This document shows, one piece after another, positions 38,280-50,740 of a DNA stretch of 64,000 nt (position 1 is its first letter; each line of letters opens with the position of its first letter). The stretch is from contig CM030335.1 in the NCBI GenBank assembly GCA_017654855.1, positions 2,914,001-2,978,000 on the forward strand, given 5' to 3'. The DNA is from Podospora anserina. Taxonomy: Eukaryota. The notes below the pieces were generated by a model, which saw only the letters and a list, made by a program, of their open reading frames with translations, ran no database searches and had not been told where the DNA came from. The translations under genes and the position numbers were made by a program.

Positions 38280-38449
38280 AAATTACACACTTCCATCACC
38301 TTTTGAAGTTGCAGGAGTGAGCTTTCGCTGACCAACTTCAAGATTTTAAGACATTTCCTCTGACGATTGCTCGACACCCATTCGACCTCTTCTCATTTTC
38401 TGGTACGTTGTCGATGTCACCACTCCTCACCCCAGCACCACTGCACATT

Positions 38450-38523
38450 ATGATGACATGACAAAAAAATTGACAAGCATATGTCGGAGCCCTTCAAGCG
38501 TTGATGATAAGGTCTATGTCTGA
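38450..38523 (+). ncRNA. snR74: Box C/D snoRNA, snR74 homologue (18S Am28)
   Basis: ATGATGA, C' box TTGATGA and terminal CTGA. The guide GACAAGCATATG is complementary to SSU CAUAUGCUUGUC. Confidence 0.9.
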
Positions 38524-38688
38524 ATGTTCCCATGCCACATCACCTTTTGACCACTTGCAGTGATCATTGGCTAACTGTCGCAGATTGTTTTGATCATGAT
38601 GATGAGCACGATGGTCTGTTGTCCTTTTGACCCGATCCTCAACGTAAGCATCCACTTTCCTTCTTGATTACCACCACCCCCGACTTTT

Positions 38689-38769
38689 ATGATGATTTAA
38701 AATATTATCACGACGGTCTACATAGCAATCGCTTTGATGAAATGGCCAGTGACATGGCAAGATTTCTGA
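38689..38769 (+). ncRNA. snR73: Box C/D snoRNA, snR73 homologue (25S Cm2959)
   Basis: ATGATGA, C' box TTGATGA and terminal CTGA. The guide TCACGACGGTC is complementary to LSU GACCGUCGUGA. Confidence 0.9.
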
Positions 38770-39053
38770 TAAAGTCATCCATCATCACCTTCTTGATGTT
38801 TGTCTTGTGAATGTTCATGGGCTAACTCGTCCAAGTGTTCAGCGTTGTTGCTTTACTGGGGCTCATTTTTCACTATAATCATGACTCTCTCGTCGTGATA
38901 TGGGGAAGAATACTGGTTTTTGTATTGAGCCTAATATTCTGCTCTACAGTACCATATGGAAATTGTCGAGTTTAAAGTATTCTTGTTTCCCTCTGTCCTG
39001 TGCTCGGCCGTCTCCCGCTGTCGCCAGCTGTATCGCGTCCCCGGCAACGCGAT

Positions 39054-41079
39054 TTACAACAGCAGCAACCCAGCCAACACGCTCACCATCAATAGCCCAC
39101 GCGCGGGGTTGTCACAAGCAGAGGAGCCTCCACTGCTAGACGTTGGCTTCGCCGCGGAAAGTGACGTGGTAAATATTCCCGTCATGATCGTTGAGGTCGG
39201 CGCGGCCTCCTCCCCAGCAGCCTCACCATCACTCCTCTGCCCCGGCAACTGCCAATCACCGGCAGAATTATACCAAACCCCGTTGATCACGACCCCTTCT
39301 CCCCTCAACACGGCCCTCACAGACTCGTCATCGCACGTATCTGCCACCTTTCGGATATAGCACCTCGCATTGGGGACATTTGTCGCGAGCAGCTCCGGCC
39401 CTGTCTTGTCCGCTTCGGGGGTGCCCTTTGTGGCAAAGGAGGCAAGATTGACTTTTTCGCCTGTGCTGATTGAGGATCCGAGGATGATCCGGGAAAAGAT
39501 TTCGAAAGTGGTTTCGGGCTGGGAGTGAGAGGGGAAGTGACCTGCGTCGTAGACGCGGGTGAAGGAGAGGTTGGAGAGCTGGCGGGTTGAGCCGCCGGTG
39601 TAGGTTTTGTTGGTGAGGAGGGGGGCGTAGCCGGTTGTATGAAAAGCATTATACCGCGAGAAGGATCCGGCGATAGAGAGAGAGGTTGATTGCCCGCTGT
39701 ACCAGTTGCAGAGGTAGTCTCTGTCGCCGGACAGCAGGGCGATCCGAACCCCTTGGGATAGTAGCTCTTTGATGGCTACCAGCGGGTCGTCCCGAAGGGC
39801 GGGGAGGGGGGGAGGGAGATCGGTGAAGTTTATTGGTGAGCCAATAGCGGATAGAAACTTGGGTGAGTTGAGAAAGGTAAGATAAGTCTGGTTTGGCAAG
39901 GGGTCGAAGGAGGGGGAGGAGATGTCGTATAACGACCTTGAGGTGTGTTGCTGGTATGGGATTGTGAGGCCGTAGATGCACTCCCAGGCTTGGAGGCAGA
40001 CGAGGAGGGTTTCGGAATTTGTCGAGGAGGAGGGGTGGCGGCAGGGGAGGAGGAGATCGGAGCAGCCGCGGCGGCGGTGGTAGGCTGACATGATGGGGGT
40101 GGTTTGATCTTGGGTTAGTAGCGGGAGGTGGAAGGTGTTGTTGAGGGCCATGGTTACGTAGGATTGGGCTTGGGACAAAGGGTCGAGGCCGCAGGGGGAG
40201 AGGAGGCCGAGGGAGGTGATTTTGATGGGGAGGGTGGTGGATAGGGTGGTGGATGAGGTGCTGGGATTTTGGGAGTGGAAGTAGGATGCGAGGAGGGCGG
40301 CGAGGGGGGCGGTGGTGCCTTTTGCGAAGAGGGATATCCCTGTGGAAGAGTTGGAGGGGGTGTTGTATTGGGGAAAAGTTGATAGGAAGGTCTGGAGGAG
40401 ATGCCAGACTAGTCGGGCTGTCACTGTGGTGTTGGCTGATGAGTTCAGCGGGTAAGGGGAAGAGAATGTGCCGTTCATGAAGGCCCAAGGGCTGCTCCAT
40501 TTGGGGACGGGTTCAGGAGGAAAGATGGTTGTTGCGTTGTAGGAATCGTAGCTGCCGTTGGTGATGGGGGTGGTGTAGGAGAAGCCTACTGAGGGCTGCG
40601 GGCTTGGTTAATATCACGAACTCTGGCGCGGAGAGAATAAACTTTACAAGATCGATATACAGCATGTTTGATGCCCTGTCCCATCCCCATTCCCTTGCCT
40701 TGACCTCGAGGTGATCTTTATCCTTTTCTACCACCTCACAAGGACCATTCTCTTGCCAAAAGCCTGACATGGAGCTCCCTCCAGACCCGCCATTCAGCCA
40801 TATTGTGAGTGTCGAAGTCGGCTCCCGTGCTTCGATAAACCAAAAGAACAAGCTGGTCGACCGACCCTCAACTGGGATGTTGACCCAGCCAGAGAACTGC
40901 TTCTGTGCGTCGAATGCCGTCTTACAGGCACCCTTCGGAACTTTGTAGGAAATGGTGATATTTGGGTCGTGTGCGGCGTTTAGTGTTGTCAAGTTGGCAT
41001 CTTGTAAGGGGACAAACTGAGCAAGCGCAGTAACTAATAAGCACGCGCAAAACAACCTGACGCTGCGTGATAAGAGCAT
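39054..41079 (-). CDS. Secreted/GPI-anchored serine carboxypeptidase (S10)-like protein, probably catalytically inactive; intron 40596-40648
   Basis: Signal peptide, LFFWFIEAR, WLNGGSGGSSM, ENGPC, SNMLYID, GDRDYLCNW, FTRVYDAGH and a hydrophobic C-terminus. The GESYxG motif is absent. Confidence 0.85.
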
Positions 41080-41416
41080 GGTAAGCTAGGTGCTACGATG
41101 CACTTAGACAACAGCCAAACAGACAAAAAAACGAAGCAAGGCTCTGCTGGCACTTTTGACCAAAACATCGTGCGCAATGCTTTAAGTGTGTGACCAAACC
41201 AGCAAGCACGACCTCCCACAGAATGGGATGGTCGCCTCTCACACCACTCCAGCCTTGTCGCCGGTTACCCAAAAAAAACACCAAACATGACCCCATTGTG
41301 AAACGCTTCCCCAACCATCACCATCAGACGGAGAGAATACTGATCACAAACCCCCTCACCACCCGGGTGACCAACCTCCACGTGGCCGTGAACCCATCCA
41401 CGGAGAAAAAACTCCC

Positions 41417-43200
41417 CTAACCCAACCTAACATTCCTCCAAACCCTCAGACACTCCTGCAAGTCCAACGCCAGCGTCCCCTCGGCCAACCCAGTACAATC
41501 CTTAATCATGGCCACCAGCAATGTAGCATACGCCCACACCACCTGCTCCTCCCTTAACCTCTCCAAATCACTCTTTCTCATCCCCCCATTCTCGGCCCAG
41601 TTCTTCCACAGTTCCAGCATCGTGCACAGCTTCGCCGTAAACTGGCTGTCCAGCACCATTCGGTACAGCAACGTCCCAACCACTTCTTTCATTTCCATGT
41701 TGGGCGCTACTTTTTCTTTCGGGTTGCTGCTGGATTGGTTCTTGAGCCAGGTCAGGTTGTGCTCAGCGACGAGCTTGGTGTCCCATTTGGGGGATTGGAG
41801 CGCCTCGAGGAGTCGGGCCTCTTGACGAGCGGTTCGGAGACGTTGCTGATCTTTCACTGGGGGGCTGTGTTAGCTTTGTCAGGTAGGTGAGGTGAAAAGG
41901 GCGACATACTGTCTTGCATCCGCATTTCGTTCTCCCTTCTTACTCTCTCCATTGCTGCTTGCGCTCTCTGGGCAGGTGGTAATTTTGCCTCGGCTGCCAT
42001 GGCAGCCCGTTGGTCCCTCATCCTCGCGGTAAACTTGTCCAAGTCAGCAGCGCCATCGTTGTATGTCGTCGCCCATTCTGGTGTGGCAGATTGCTCGACC
42101 ACATTGAGCAAGACCAAAACACCACATGGTACAGTTTCCTTCCTCGAGAAAGTAAGAATATCATCCGGGATTTTGTACGACCAGAGGATCGTCTGCGAGG
42201 TAGTCCCATAAGCTGTCGCCGCAGAGGCAAACCATGCCCCCGATGAAGAAGATGACCGCACCCTAATATGATCAACAGGCAACGAGTCCAAGTTAATCGT
42301 GCTAGTCAACTGCGCCTCCTGCCTCAGCGCAGTAACAATCCCCTCCGTAGAAATCTGGCACGTAATCGGTATACTCGACTCCCCCGACTTTTTCTGTTGC
42401 GTCCTCGGCCTCGACGTCTCCGTCTCCGTCTTGTGAAGACTCTCACAAGAAGCATGCTCCCCTCCAGTAACAACCTCCTCCATGCTCTCCCCCCCTTCTT
42501 CCTCCCCCTCCACAACCCGCGGCGGCGGCGGAGGCGGCAACCGCACCCAATAAGGAGGCAAATCCCCCCAACTCCTCCTCGTCCACCCCCCCTCCCAATT
42601 CACCACCAAACTCAAATGCCCATCACTCCCATCCAAAGGCCCAACACTCAACGCCTTCTTCCCGCCCGGCCCCGTCATCAAAGTACACCCCACCGGCGTC
42701 CACAACCCACTCCCCCTCAACATCCTCCACCCATACCCATCCGGCACAGCCCCCAGATCCAACAAGTAACAAACCAGCTGGTCAAACTCCACCTCCACCT
42801 GCGGCTGCCTCAGCTGGTCGGCATATTCCACCCGTTGAGTGTTCAACCCAATGACGTTAGTCCTCCAGTTGAACGTCGTCCACGAACCCCCCGGGATGGA
42901 GGAGCGGTGCGAGGACACGCTCCAGTACTCCTGGCGGTCGGTGAAGCGGTCCATCGGGCGGACGGCGTAGCGGGGGAGCTCTACTTCGATGATCCTATTC
43001 ACGACGTCGGAGCGGGTGAGGGCCGGGAGGCGGGAGTGCCGGAGCATGCGCTTGATGCGGGAGAGGGCGGCGAGGGTGACGGCTGTGTTGTAGAGGATGG
43101 GGAGGACGCCCAGGACGGCGAGGGGGACGCCGATGTAGGTTATTATGTCTGTTGCTGAGTGACTGCCGCCGCCGTTGTCGGATTCATGGAAGCCGGACAT
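41417..43200 (-). CDS. Conserved fungal hypothetical protein with an N-terminal TM segment; intron 41857-41909
   Basis: A long ORF (DIITYIGVPLAVLGVLPILYN...) splices in frame to a terminal ORF ending VWRNVRLG. Confidence 0.8.
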
Positions 43201-43927
43201 TGCGCAGAGTGAAAGAACGCGTGAAATTGAGGTCAAAGTAATAAGTGAGTGTGAAGATGGGATTGAAGATGATCTGCTTGGAGATTATTATACTAGAGAG
43301 TGTGAAACATCAACATATGATAGATGAAAAGGAGTGACAACAGGTGAGGTTATGTATAAATGTTGATGACAAGAAGTAAAAAAGCCTTCAAACGGTTGAT
43401 CTTCATATTCATCGGCAAGCGAGGAACGAGACCTCAGCCGCACGCGGTACCAGTATTCCATGGTGGCAGGGGGTCCTGCATGGCGGCGTCCAAGCAATTA
43501 GCTACCTAGGTAGCCGGAGAATCTGAGGTACCAGTGCGAGATGATCTTGGTTTCCAAAACCCTCTGACCTTGAGAAAGGCGAGTCGAGAAATATAGGAAA
43601 TGTTGCCGGATCTTGGGCAAGATGATGAAAACGCATTCGCTGCGTTTGCAAGAGGTTGAAGGGTTGAAGGGTGGGAGTGAGAGATGTAAGCCAAAGAGAG
43701 GGTTAGGGTTGCGTGCCCGGTACAGTTGACTACTATGGAGGCAAACATCGTCATTCTCAAAACACAAGAATATACTCGTTCTATGTTCAAGGTGTTCTCC
43801 ATTGAAAGCCAGATGTGCTTCATCAACATAACCAAAGCAATCCCAGATTATGTTACTCCCAGCACCACATCCGCCATCGTTGCATTTTACCATCTCATCA
43901 ATATCCAAAAGAAACCACCCATTTCCC

Positions 43928-46900
43928 TCACCAATCCGGTGCACTCCCACACCCCCCTCCCCCAGCCATAACCTCCACCGGCCTCCTCATCCTATTCTCC
44001 GCATGCGGCTTCACCCCAGGCTTCTTCGCCCTATGTCCCTTCCAGTTCCCACCCGCCGGCGTTTCCAACCCCAGCTTCCTATCCAACTCCTTCAACTGTC
44101 CCTCTCCCGCCTCTCCACTCTTAACCATCCACTTCTTCGTCCCCAACTTCTCATCAAGCTCCTCAACCGGCGGCAGCTTAACATAAACCATCCCATCGTC
44201 TCTCTCCTCCACCTCGAAGGTAGCAATCGACAGCTCCGAATCATTCTTGCAAGCACCATTGGACAAGTCATAGTTCCTCTTATGGTGCGGACAAGAGACA
44301 TACGGCGCCTCACCCGTGCTGGGAGAAGACGAGATGGTCCCAACCAAACCATCAGACAGGATAAACGCCCGCTTGTGAGGGCACATCTGCTGAGTGCAGT
44401 AGTACTTCCCCTTGACTCTAAAGAGCGCGAGCTGGGTGTCGCCTCGCTTGACAGCGGCCGAGATGCCGTTGGGGATGTCATCCGCGCCCTTGAAGTACGA
44501 TGACTCGAGCATCGGCTGCCAGGTCAACGATGACCACGTCTTGGACAGCCCGGCGAAATCTTCCTTGGCCGAGGCGTCGCTCGGCCAGAAAGTCGGGCGG
44601 AGCTGGCCGCGATCCGTGTCGAGCTCCATTGTCTCGACTGTCTCTGTCGTGTTGGCGAACTGCTTGAACTGCGCGGCAATCTCGGGGTTGTTGATCGCTT
44701 CGGCCCACTCGTCAAAGAAGCTGTCGACCAGTTCTTGCATCTGGGCTTCGAGGGAGGCGTTGAGACCGAGGCTGTCGTCGAGGATCACAGACCTGAGGTA
44801 GGCCAGACCGCCTGGGAGGGCTTCGAGCCAGCGAGCTGTGCGCTGGAGCTTGTCGGCCGTGCGGATGTAGAACATCAGGTAGCGGTCCAGAATGGGGATG
44901 ACTTCAGTGGGCGGCACGTCTTTGGCGAGGAGCTCAGAATGTCTGGGCTTGGCACCGCCATTACCGCCCACGAAGATGTTGAAGCCTTTCTCGGTGGCGA
45001 TGAGGCCGAAGCTGGGAGAGAATGTCAGAAATGGGATATTTAACGGAGAAGTGAAAAGACATACTCTTTGTTTTGAGCTTCGGCGCACTCGCGCACACAA
45101 CCACTCACCCCACCCTTGATCTTGTGAGGAGCGCGAAGAGACTTGTATCGCTCCTCCAGGCGGACAGCCATGCCGACACTGTCACCGATGCCATAGCGAC
45201 ACCAAGTGGTACCTACGCAACTCTTGACTGTCCTGAGGGACTTGGCATAGGCGTGCCCAGACTCCATGCCAGCATCCACCAACCTCTTCCAGATGTCAAT
45301 AAGATCCTGTTTCTTGGCACCAAACATGTCGATTCTTTGACCACCAGTGATTTTGGTGTACAGCTTATAGTCTCTCGCCACCTCTCCAATAACCACAAGC
45401 TTTTCAGGGGTAATCTCTCCAGCCGATACTCGAGGTACAACCGAGTATGTGCCGTTCCGCTGGATGTTGCCCAGATATCTGTCGTTGGTTTCCTGCAGAC
45501 CATGATGAGGCTTATCCATGACGTGCTTGTTCCATAAGCTTGCAAAGATGCTGGCCAGCGTGGGCTTGCAGGCTTCGCACCCTATGCTCTCTGGGTCGAC
45601 GCCGGCTTCCTTCATCACTTCCTGGAATGTGGTCAACCGCTTGACCATGATGATGTTGTAGAGATCAGCACGGCTGTAGTTGAAGTGAGGGCAGATGGTG
45701 TTCTTGACCTCATTGCCCATGTCCTTCATAGTCTTGTTGAAGATGGAGGTCACGAGAGGCATGCAACCTCCGCAGCCTGTGCCAGCTTTTGTGCAAGACT
45801 TGACCTCCCCGATGGACTTGCAGGTACCGTCCTTGACAGTGTTGACAACATCTGCTTTGGTGACATTGTGGCAACTGCAAATCTGGGTGTCATCGTCGAG
45901 ATCATCACCATCGTCAGCACCCTCCTTCTTGGCACCAAGGATAAGCTGTGACGGTGGGACGTCGAGCTCTTTCTGGTTCTTGACTAAGGGGACAAGCTTG
46001 ACGTAGTCGGATGTGTCACCGATCATCATGCCACCAAGGAGGTATTTGCCGTCCACCGAGAAAATGTACTTCTTGTAGATGTTGAGAAACGGGTCCTTGT
46101 AGGTCAAGGCCTTGACTGGGGCCGGAGGGGCGCCATTGGTGAGCACCTTGACTGCTGATAACGGCGAGGCGGGTTTCTTCTTTGCCTTTGCGGGAAGGTA
46201 CTTTGGCCCGTCACGGTCGGCAAAGAAGTCTCCAAAGCTGGCAACCTCGACGCCTAGCAGCTTCAGCTTTGTGCTCAGGTCAGGGCGTTTGTATAATCGT
46301 GGCTGATGATGTTGTGATTGTGTGAGGTTGAATGTGAGAACGTCAGCCATTTCCACTCCCGGGGCAATCAGACCAAACGTCTGACCTTGCCAGCTTGCGC
46401 ACTCTCCAATGGCGTATATGTCTGGATGGCTGGTCTGAAGGCTGTCATCAACGACGATGCCGCCGCCACGGTCAGCACACAGAATGCCTGATTGTCTGGC
46501 CAGCTCGTCTCTTGGTCGGACACCGATAGCGAAGCAAATGGTCGAGCACTCCATGTACTCGCCATCTTCAAAGTGAACACCCTTGACGCTGTTGTCCTCC
46601 GTCACCTCAATCCTGCCCACTCTCTTGCTGAGCAAAACATCAGCACCGAGGCTTCGCACTTGTTCCACAACCATGCCGCCTGCGTCAGCGTCCAGTTGCC
46701 GGCTGAGAACCCATCGATTGCGCTCAATGACTTTGACCTTCTCGAAGCATCCCAAGTCCATCATAGCCTTGGCAGCTTCGAGTCCCAACAAGCCACCTCC
46801 TACTACGGCACCAACTGTGCCCTTTTGGTTCGCTGAGAAAGCAATGAGCTTCTCCAGGTCCTCGACAGTCCTGTAAACAAAGACGCCCTTGGCGTCATGA

Positions 46901-47388
46901 CCGGGCGTGTGTTTTGGCAGCACGGCATCGGAGCCAGTAGCCAGAACCAAGATGTCGTAACTGACTTCGTCACCATTTGCGCAGGTTATGGTCTTTCTGT
47001 TTGGGTGGATTTCGGTGACTTTGGTGTTCAGGTGGTAGCTGAGAGCTCCGTCAGGTACAGCTGTGTACTGCAGCATTGGCGTCAGTGTTGCTCATGGACG
47101 TCAAGAGCAGAGACATACCCATTCTAGTGGATTCAGGTACAAGTTCTCAATCTTGCGATGCTCAAAGAAGCTGGTCAAGCCAACTCTGTTGTATGCCAAA
47201 TGCGGCTCTTCGCCAACTACTACAACGTTGTACTCGCGCGATCTGGCATCGAGTTTGAGGAGTTTCTCTCTGTTGGGAGGTTAGAGATATCCGCATTCCA
47301 GGGACTTGAACTGACTCATTGCTCACATGAAGCTGATGCCCACCATCCCCAGACCAACAACAACAATCTTCTTGCGCCCGACTGCCAT
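43928..47388 (-). CDS. niiA: NAD(P)H-dependent assimilatory nitrite reductase; 4 exons
   Basis: VVGLGMVG and [10 protein letters not shown] dinucleotide motifs, CSCHNV and CGGC BFD-like Cys motifs, the siroheme/Fe-S motif KSCVGTTWC...[10 protein letters not shown], and the Rieske motifs CPH...CPHH. Confidence 0.97.
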
Positions 47389-47559
47389 TGTGGGCAGGCT
47401 GTGAGGAGGATTGTCCAGAATGGGGGTTATCGAAAGAGAAACAAGCCAGTTGAACAATGACAAGATAAGACGGGAGTCGTAGAGAAGCCAACCCCGAGTC
47501 AATCAAGGCTGGCGAGGCTGGATCAATGTCGTCAAAAAGCTAACCAGGAGAACATCAGA

Positions 47560-48040
47560 GGAAAGATAAGTGATAAAAAGGAGAGGAACAAGAAAGACGG
47601 GATGGTAGACATGGTCTATCATGGTGGCACTGCCATCGTCAGAGCATCTGGCCGGACACACAGCGAACGATATCTAATCTCTCATCAAGGTAGGCATTCA
47701 GAGGCAATCAAGGAAATGCACATCTCCGGAGCCGTGCAGGTTGGTGTGTGAAGACGGCCGCGGACAGGCCCCAGGGGCGATTCATGACCATTTGGTGTAC
47801 CAATGAGCATAGTGCAATATGTAATGACGCATGAAAGGCACCGGAGAAGCAGCAGCCACTTCGTTCAGCGACCGTGGGACTCCTCTGCTTTTGCGGATTC
47901 CTAGGTAGACGTTGCAGCGCGGGAGATGGTGATCTTTGATAGCGGATATCAGTGCAATGATAACACTTATCGGGCCAATCAGGTGCCGCAGATTCCAACT
48001 TGTATCCAATGTGGAAGGAAGACACCCGCGGAGATAGAGG
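47560..48040. promoter_or_regulatory. Nitrite reductase promoter with clustered GATA (AreA/NIT2) and NirA/NIT4-like sites
   Basis: AGATAA at 47564, TGATAA at 47571, an inverted TGATAA/CTTATC pair at 47958-47971, CTCCGCGG on the minus strand at 48026-48033 and CCGCGGA at 47758-47764. Confidence 0.65.
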
Positions 48041-49261
48041 CAGGCACGGGGATGGTTCGGGGTGGACCAAGAGATTAGAGTTTTCTGCCTGTGTTTGTTT
48101 GACTTGACTCGCCGGAACTAATAATTGATCTGGGCTGTCTTTTGCAACGGCTTTTCCTTGACATCTCCGAACACACAAAACCCCCACTGACCCCTCGCCA
48201 TCCTCACCGAATCCTCTTTAACGGTCTCGATCTACACTCTCCCCAGTGGCAATCCGGCCCCTGAAAAGAACGTAACTATCTATGGCTAGCTAAGGTTCAT
48301 TACTTGCCTTCAGAAAGGATGAGTCCTCAGAGTTGACGTTGCATGTCATACACGGCCCCACTCGGCCCCATTGCTGCGAGAGCGCCGTGCTTGGCATCTT
48401 CCACGCCGGCTTGGTGTTGACATCGGCGCCGGCTTGGCAACCCTGTACTGAGGGCCGTTGAGATGCGACCATGTTACTTCAACTTGACACAAGGCCAAAC
48501 TTCAATGGGAAAGACTAATTTTTTCTGTGCCACGCCTCTATTGAGGCTCAATCGACGCCACACATTGCAAGTAATGAGTTGGGGGTTAATGCTCAAGCAA
48601 ACAATCTAGCCAGCACGGAAACCTTACGCAAGCTTTCTACCCATCATGACAAAACTCACAAGCAAACTACCTCCCAGAACAATATCACCCCAAAGATTCG
48701 GATACAGTTGAGCGTCGGGGGAGCTCTTGGTGCGGCTGGGCATGGTGACCCGATCGTAATGGGCCTACGGCGAAACCCATTCAGAGCTTCGTCCATCCTC
48801 TAAGCAAAGGACTGTAGCATTTGGTCAACTGGTATTGTTTAGTTTGGGGGCCAGAGCTTTGGAAAGATGTGATCTTAGTCAGTATTGTAGACTATCTGAT
48901 CTTTGGTGAGCTTACAGGAAAAAGTTGAGAGGCTGCCATGATGCTATTCCTCACTTCCAACTTCATATGCAAGACTAACCTGGTTACAAGGACAGTAGCA
49001 GACGCGATTACTGAGAAGAGTTAGCAGGCTCTACCGGATGCCAAGATACAATCGTTCATTTAACCACCCAGGTCGCAGGTATCATGGTACCCCAAACTTT
49101 CCGGGGCAGAGCACAACCCACAACGTTACTTGGGCCTTAGGCTTGGTCATCTCTGGTCAACGACACCTTCGGAGTCTTTAGCCTCATCATCAGCTTCACT
49201 TACTTACGCACTGATGTATGAACTCCAGTGGACCTCCGGCCTTACCTGTGTTAGTATTTAG

Positions 49262-50407
49262 ATGATGACTTCTTCAAGCACCTACAAGTCCCTCTGAGCC
49301 ATCTTTACGGTACGGCAGTTGGCAAAGATCGAACCGCTATGGGTCTGTTTCATGATAAACGAGAAGACGGCGACATCATCGTGCCAGCATCTTGCTTTGC
49401 TGTGTGTGGTATGGTTGATAAACCTCATTCTCGTCAAAGCACACGGAGATTTTGACTGATGAATTGACAGGCGACGCTCGTACCGAGGCCCAACGCACTG
49501 GGACCAAGCCAGAACTTTGCACGGCAGGTTCGGCATTCCGGGACTTATATGAAGCCTGCAGGCTTTGCGTTGTGTATTTCCAAGGAAAATCACAGCCAGA
49601 CACGATCATCCTACCCAAATTCCAGCACTACATCGACTGTTGCACAGCACTTGTCGGTCTTCCTCCACTCCCCCCTTCCCCTTCGATAAACACCAGTTCT
49701 ACCACAACCAGACCATCGCCAGCAACGACTTACCTAGAACATTCACCTACAATTTTGGCTGTCATAACATCCACAAGCACGCTTCCACAGACGACATCCC
49801 AAGGTTCTGAACCCTCCGACATAAGCCAACCCATTTCTATCCCAACTCCCATCACCACAACATCCTGCCTGTCTCCCACCTTAAGCCCGGCACCAACGAC
49901 TCCAATAACAACAAGTGAGTCTGCTCATCGCAGTCATCTTACAATTTTGCTAATGAAAAACAAAACAAAAACAGATATACCAACCCCCGAAAAAAACACT
50001 CCCATCAGCAACAACAACAACAACAACAACACGATCACAATAAGCACAGTGATCAGCATAATAGTCGGCGTCCTACTCTTGTTCTTACAGGGGCTGGCAT
50101 ACTGGAGCCGCCGAGTCAAAATGACAGCACTACTCAATCCCCTCGTCAGCAGCAGCAACCAGAGCTACTAGGAGGAAGGCCAGTCCTCTTCCTGAATCCC
50201 CAGGGCTCGCTTCAAGAGATGGGCGAACACCATGGTTATGACGAACTGGACGTGCCGAGGGTGTGGTATGAGCTCGATGCACGCTCACTGAGGAGCTTGA
50301 ATAGGAGCTTCAAGTGGGCGATGAGCGGTGCGAGGTCACCACGGGGTAATGGTGGTCAAAATGGGGGCGATATAGCACCGGAGGTTGGCGTTAGAGAAGG
50401 GGTGTAA
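49262..50407 (+). CDS. Possible single-pass membrane glycoprotein (Cys-rich ectodomain, S/T stalk, TM segment), possibly frameshifted; 5' end unresolved
   Basis: SCFAVC|GDARTEAQ...ELC...AF...C..C...F..YIDCC, a Ser/Thr stalk and the TM segment ISTVISIIVGVLLLFLQGLAYW. Introns lie near 49409-49470 and 49915-49974. Confidence 0.5.
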
Positions 50408-50740
50408 GAAGGGAGATGCCGTATTTTTTGCTGGACATGTCATATGCGTTGATCTTTATCGAATTCATGGCCCATGCACGAAGTATCATAATTAATGCAG
50501 ACAAATATGCAACAACAACAAAACTCAGGGTATTATTAGGCTTCTCTCAACTCATGAAACAAAAACAGCAAGCAACAATGACAATCTCCCGCCCAGGAAC
50601 AAACATCACTCCCTCGAGAACATGGTATACCCCTCCTCATCCTCATACCCCTCCACGCTCCAAACTCCCTCCTCCCCAACTCCATCAACCCAACTCCCAG
50701 CCACCCTCCTCCCAACAGAACCACCACCCTGAAGATCCCC

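Larger units (their letters stand above)
37280..38900 (+). ncRNA. Non-coding snoRNA host transcript with six introns (37347-37543, 37702-37902, 37924-38114, 38162-38342, 38403-38583, 38644-about 38835); transcript ends approximate
   Basis: Six GT donors (GTAAGT, GTCAGT, GTAAGT, GTAAGT, GTACGT, GTAAGC), each with a CTRAC branch site and an AG acceptor. The exons are short and show no evident ORF. Confidence 0.85.

Noticed and set aside
38596-38620. ATGATGATGA as a seventh snoRNA C box
   Set aside because: It lies in a host exon, with no rRNA guide or properly spaced D box before the next donor.
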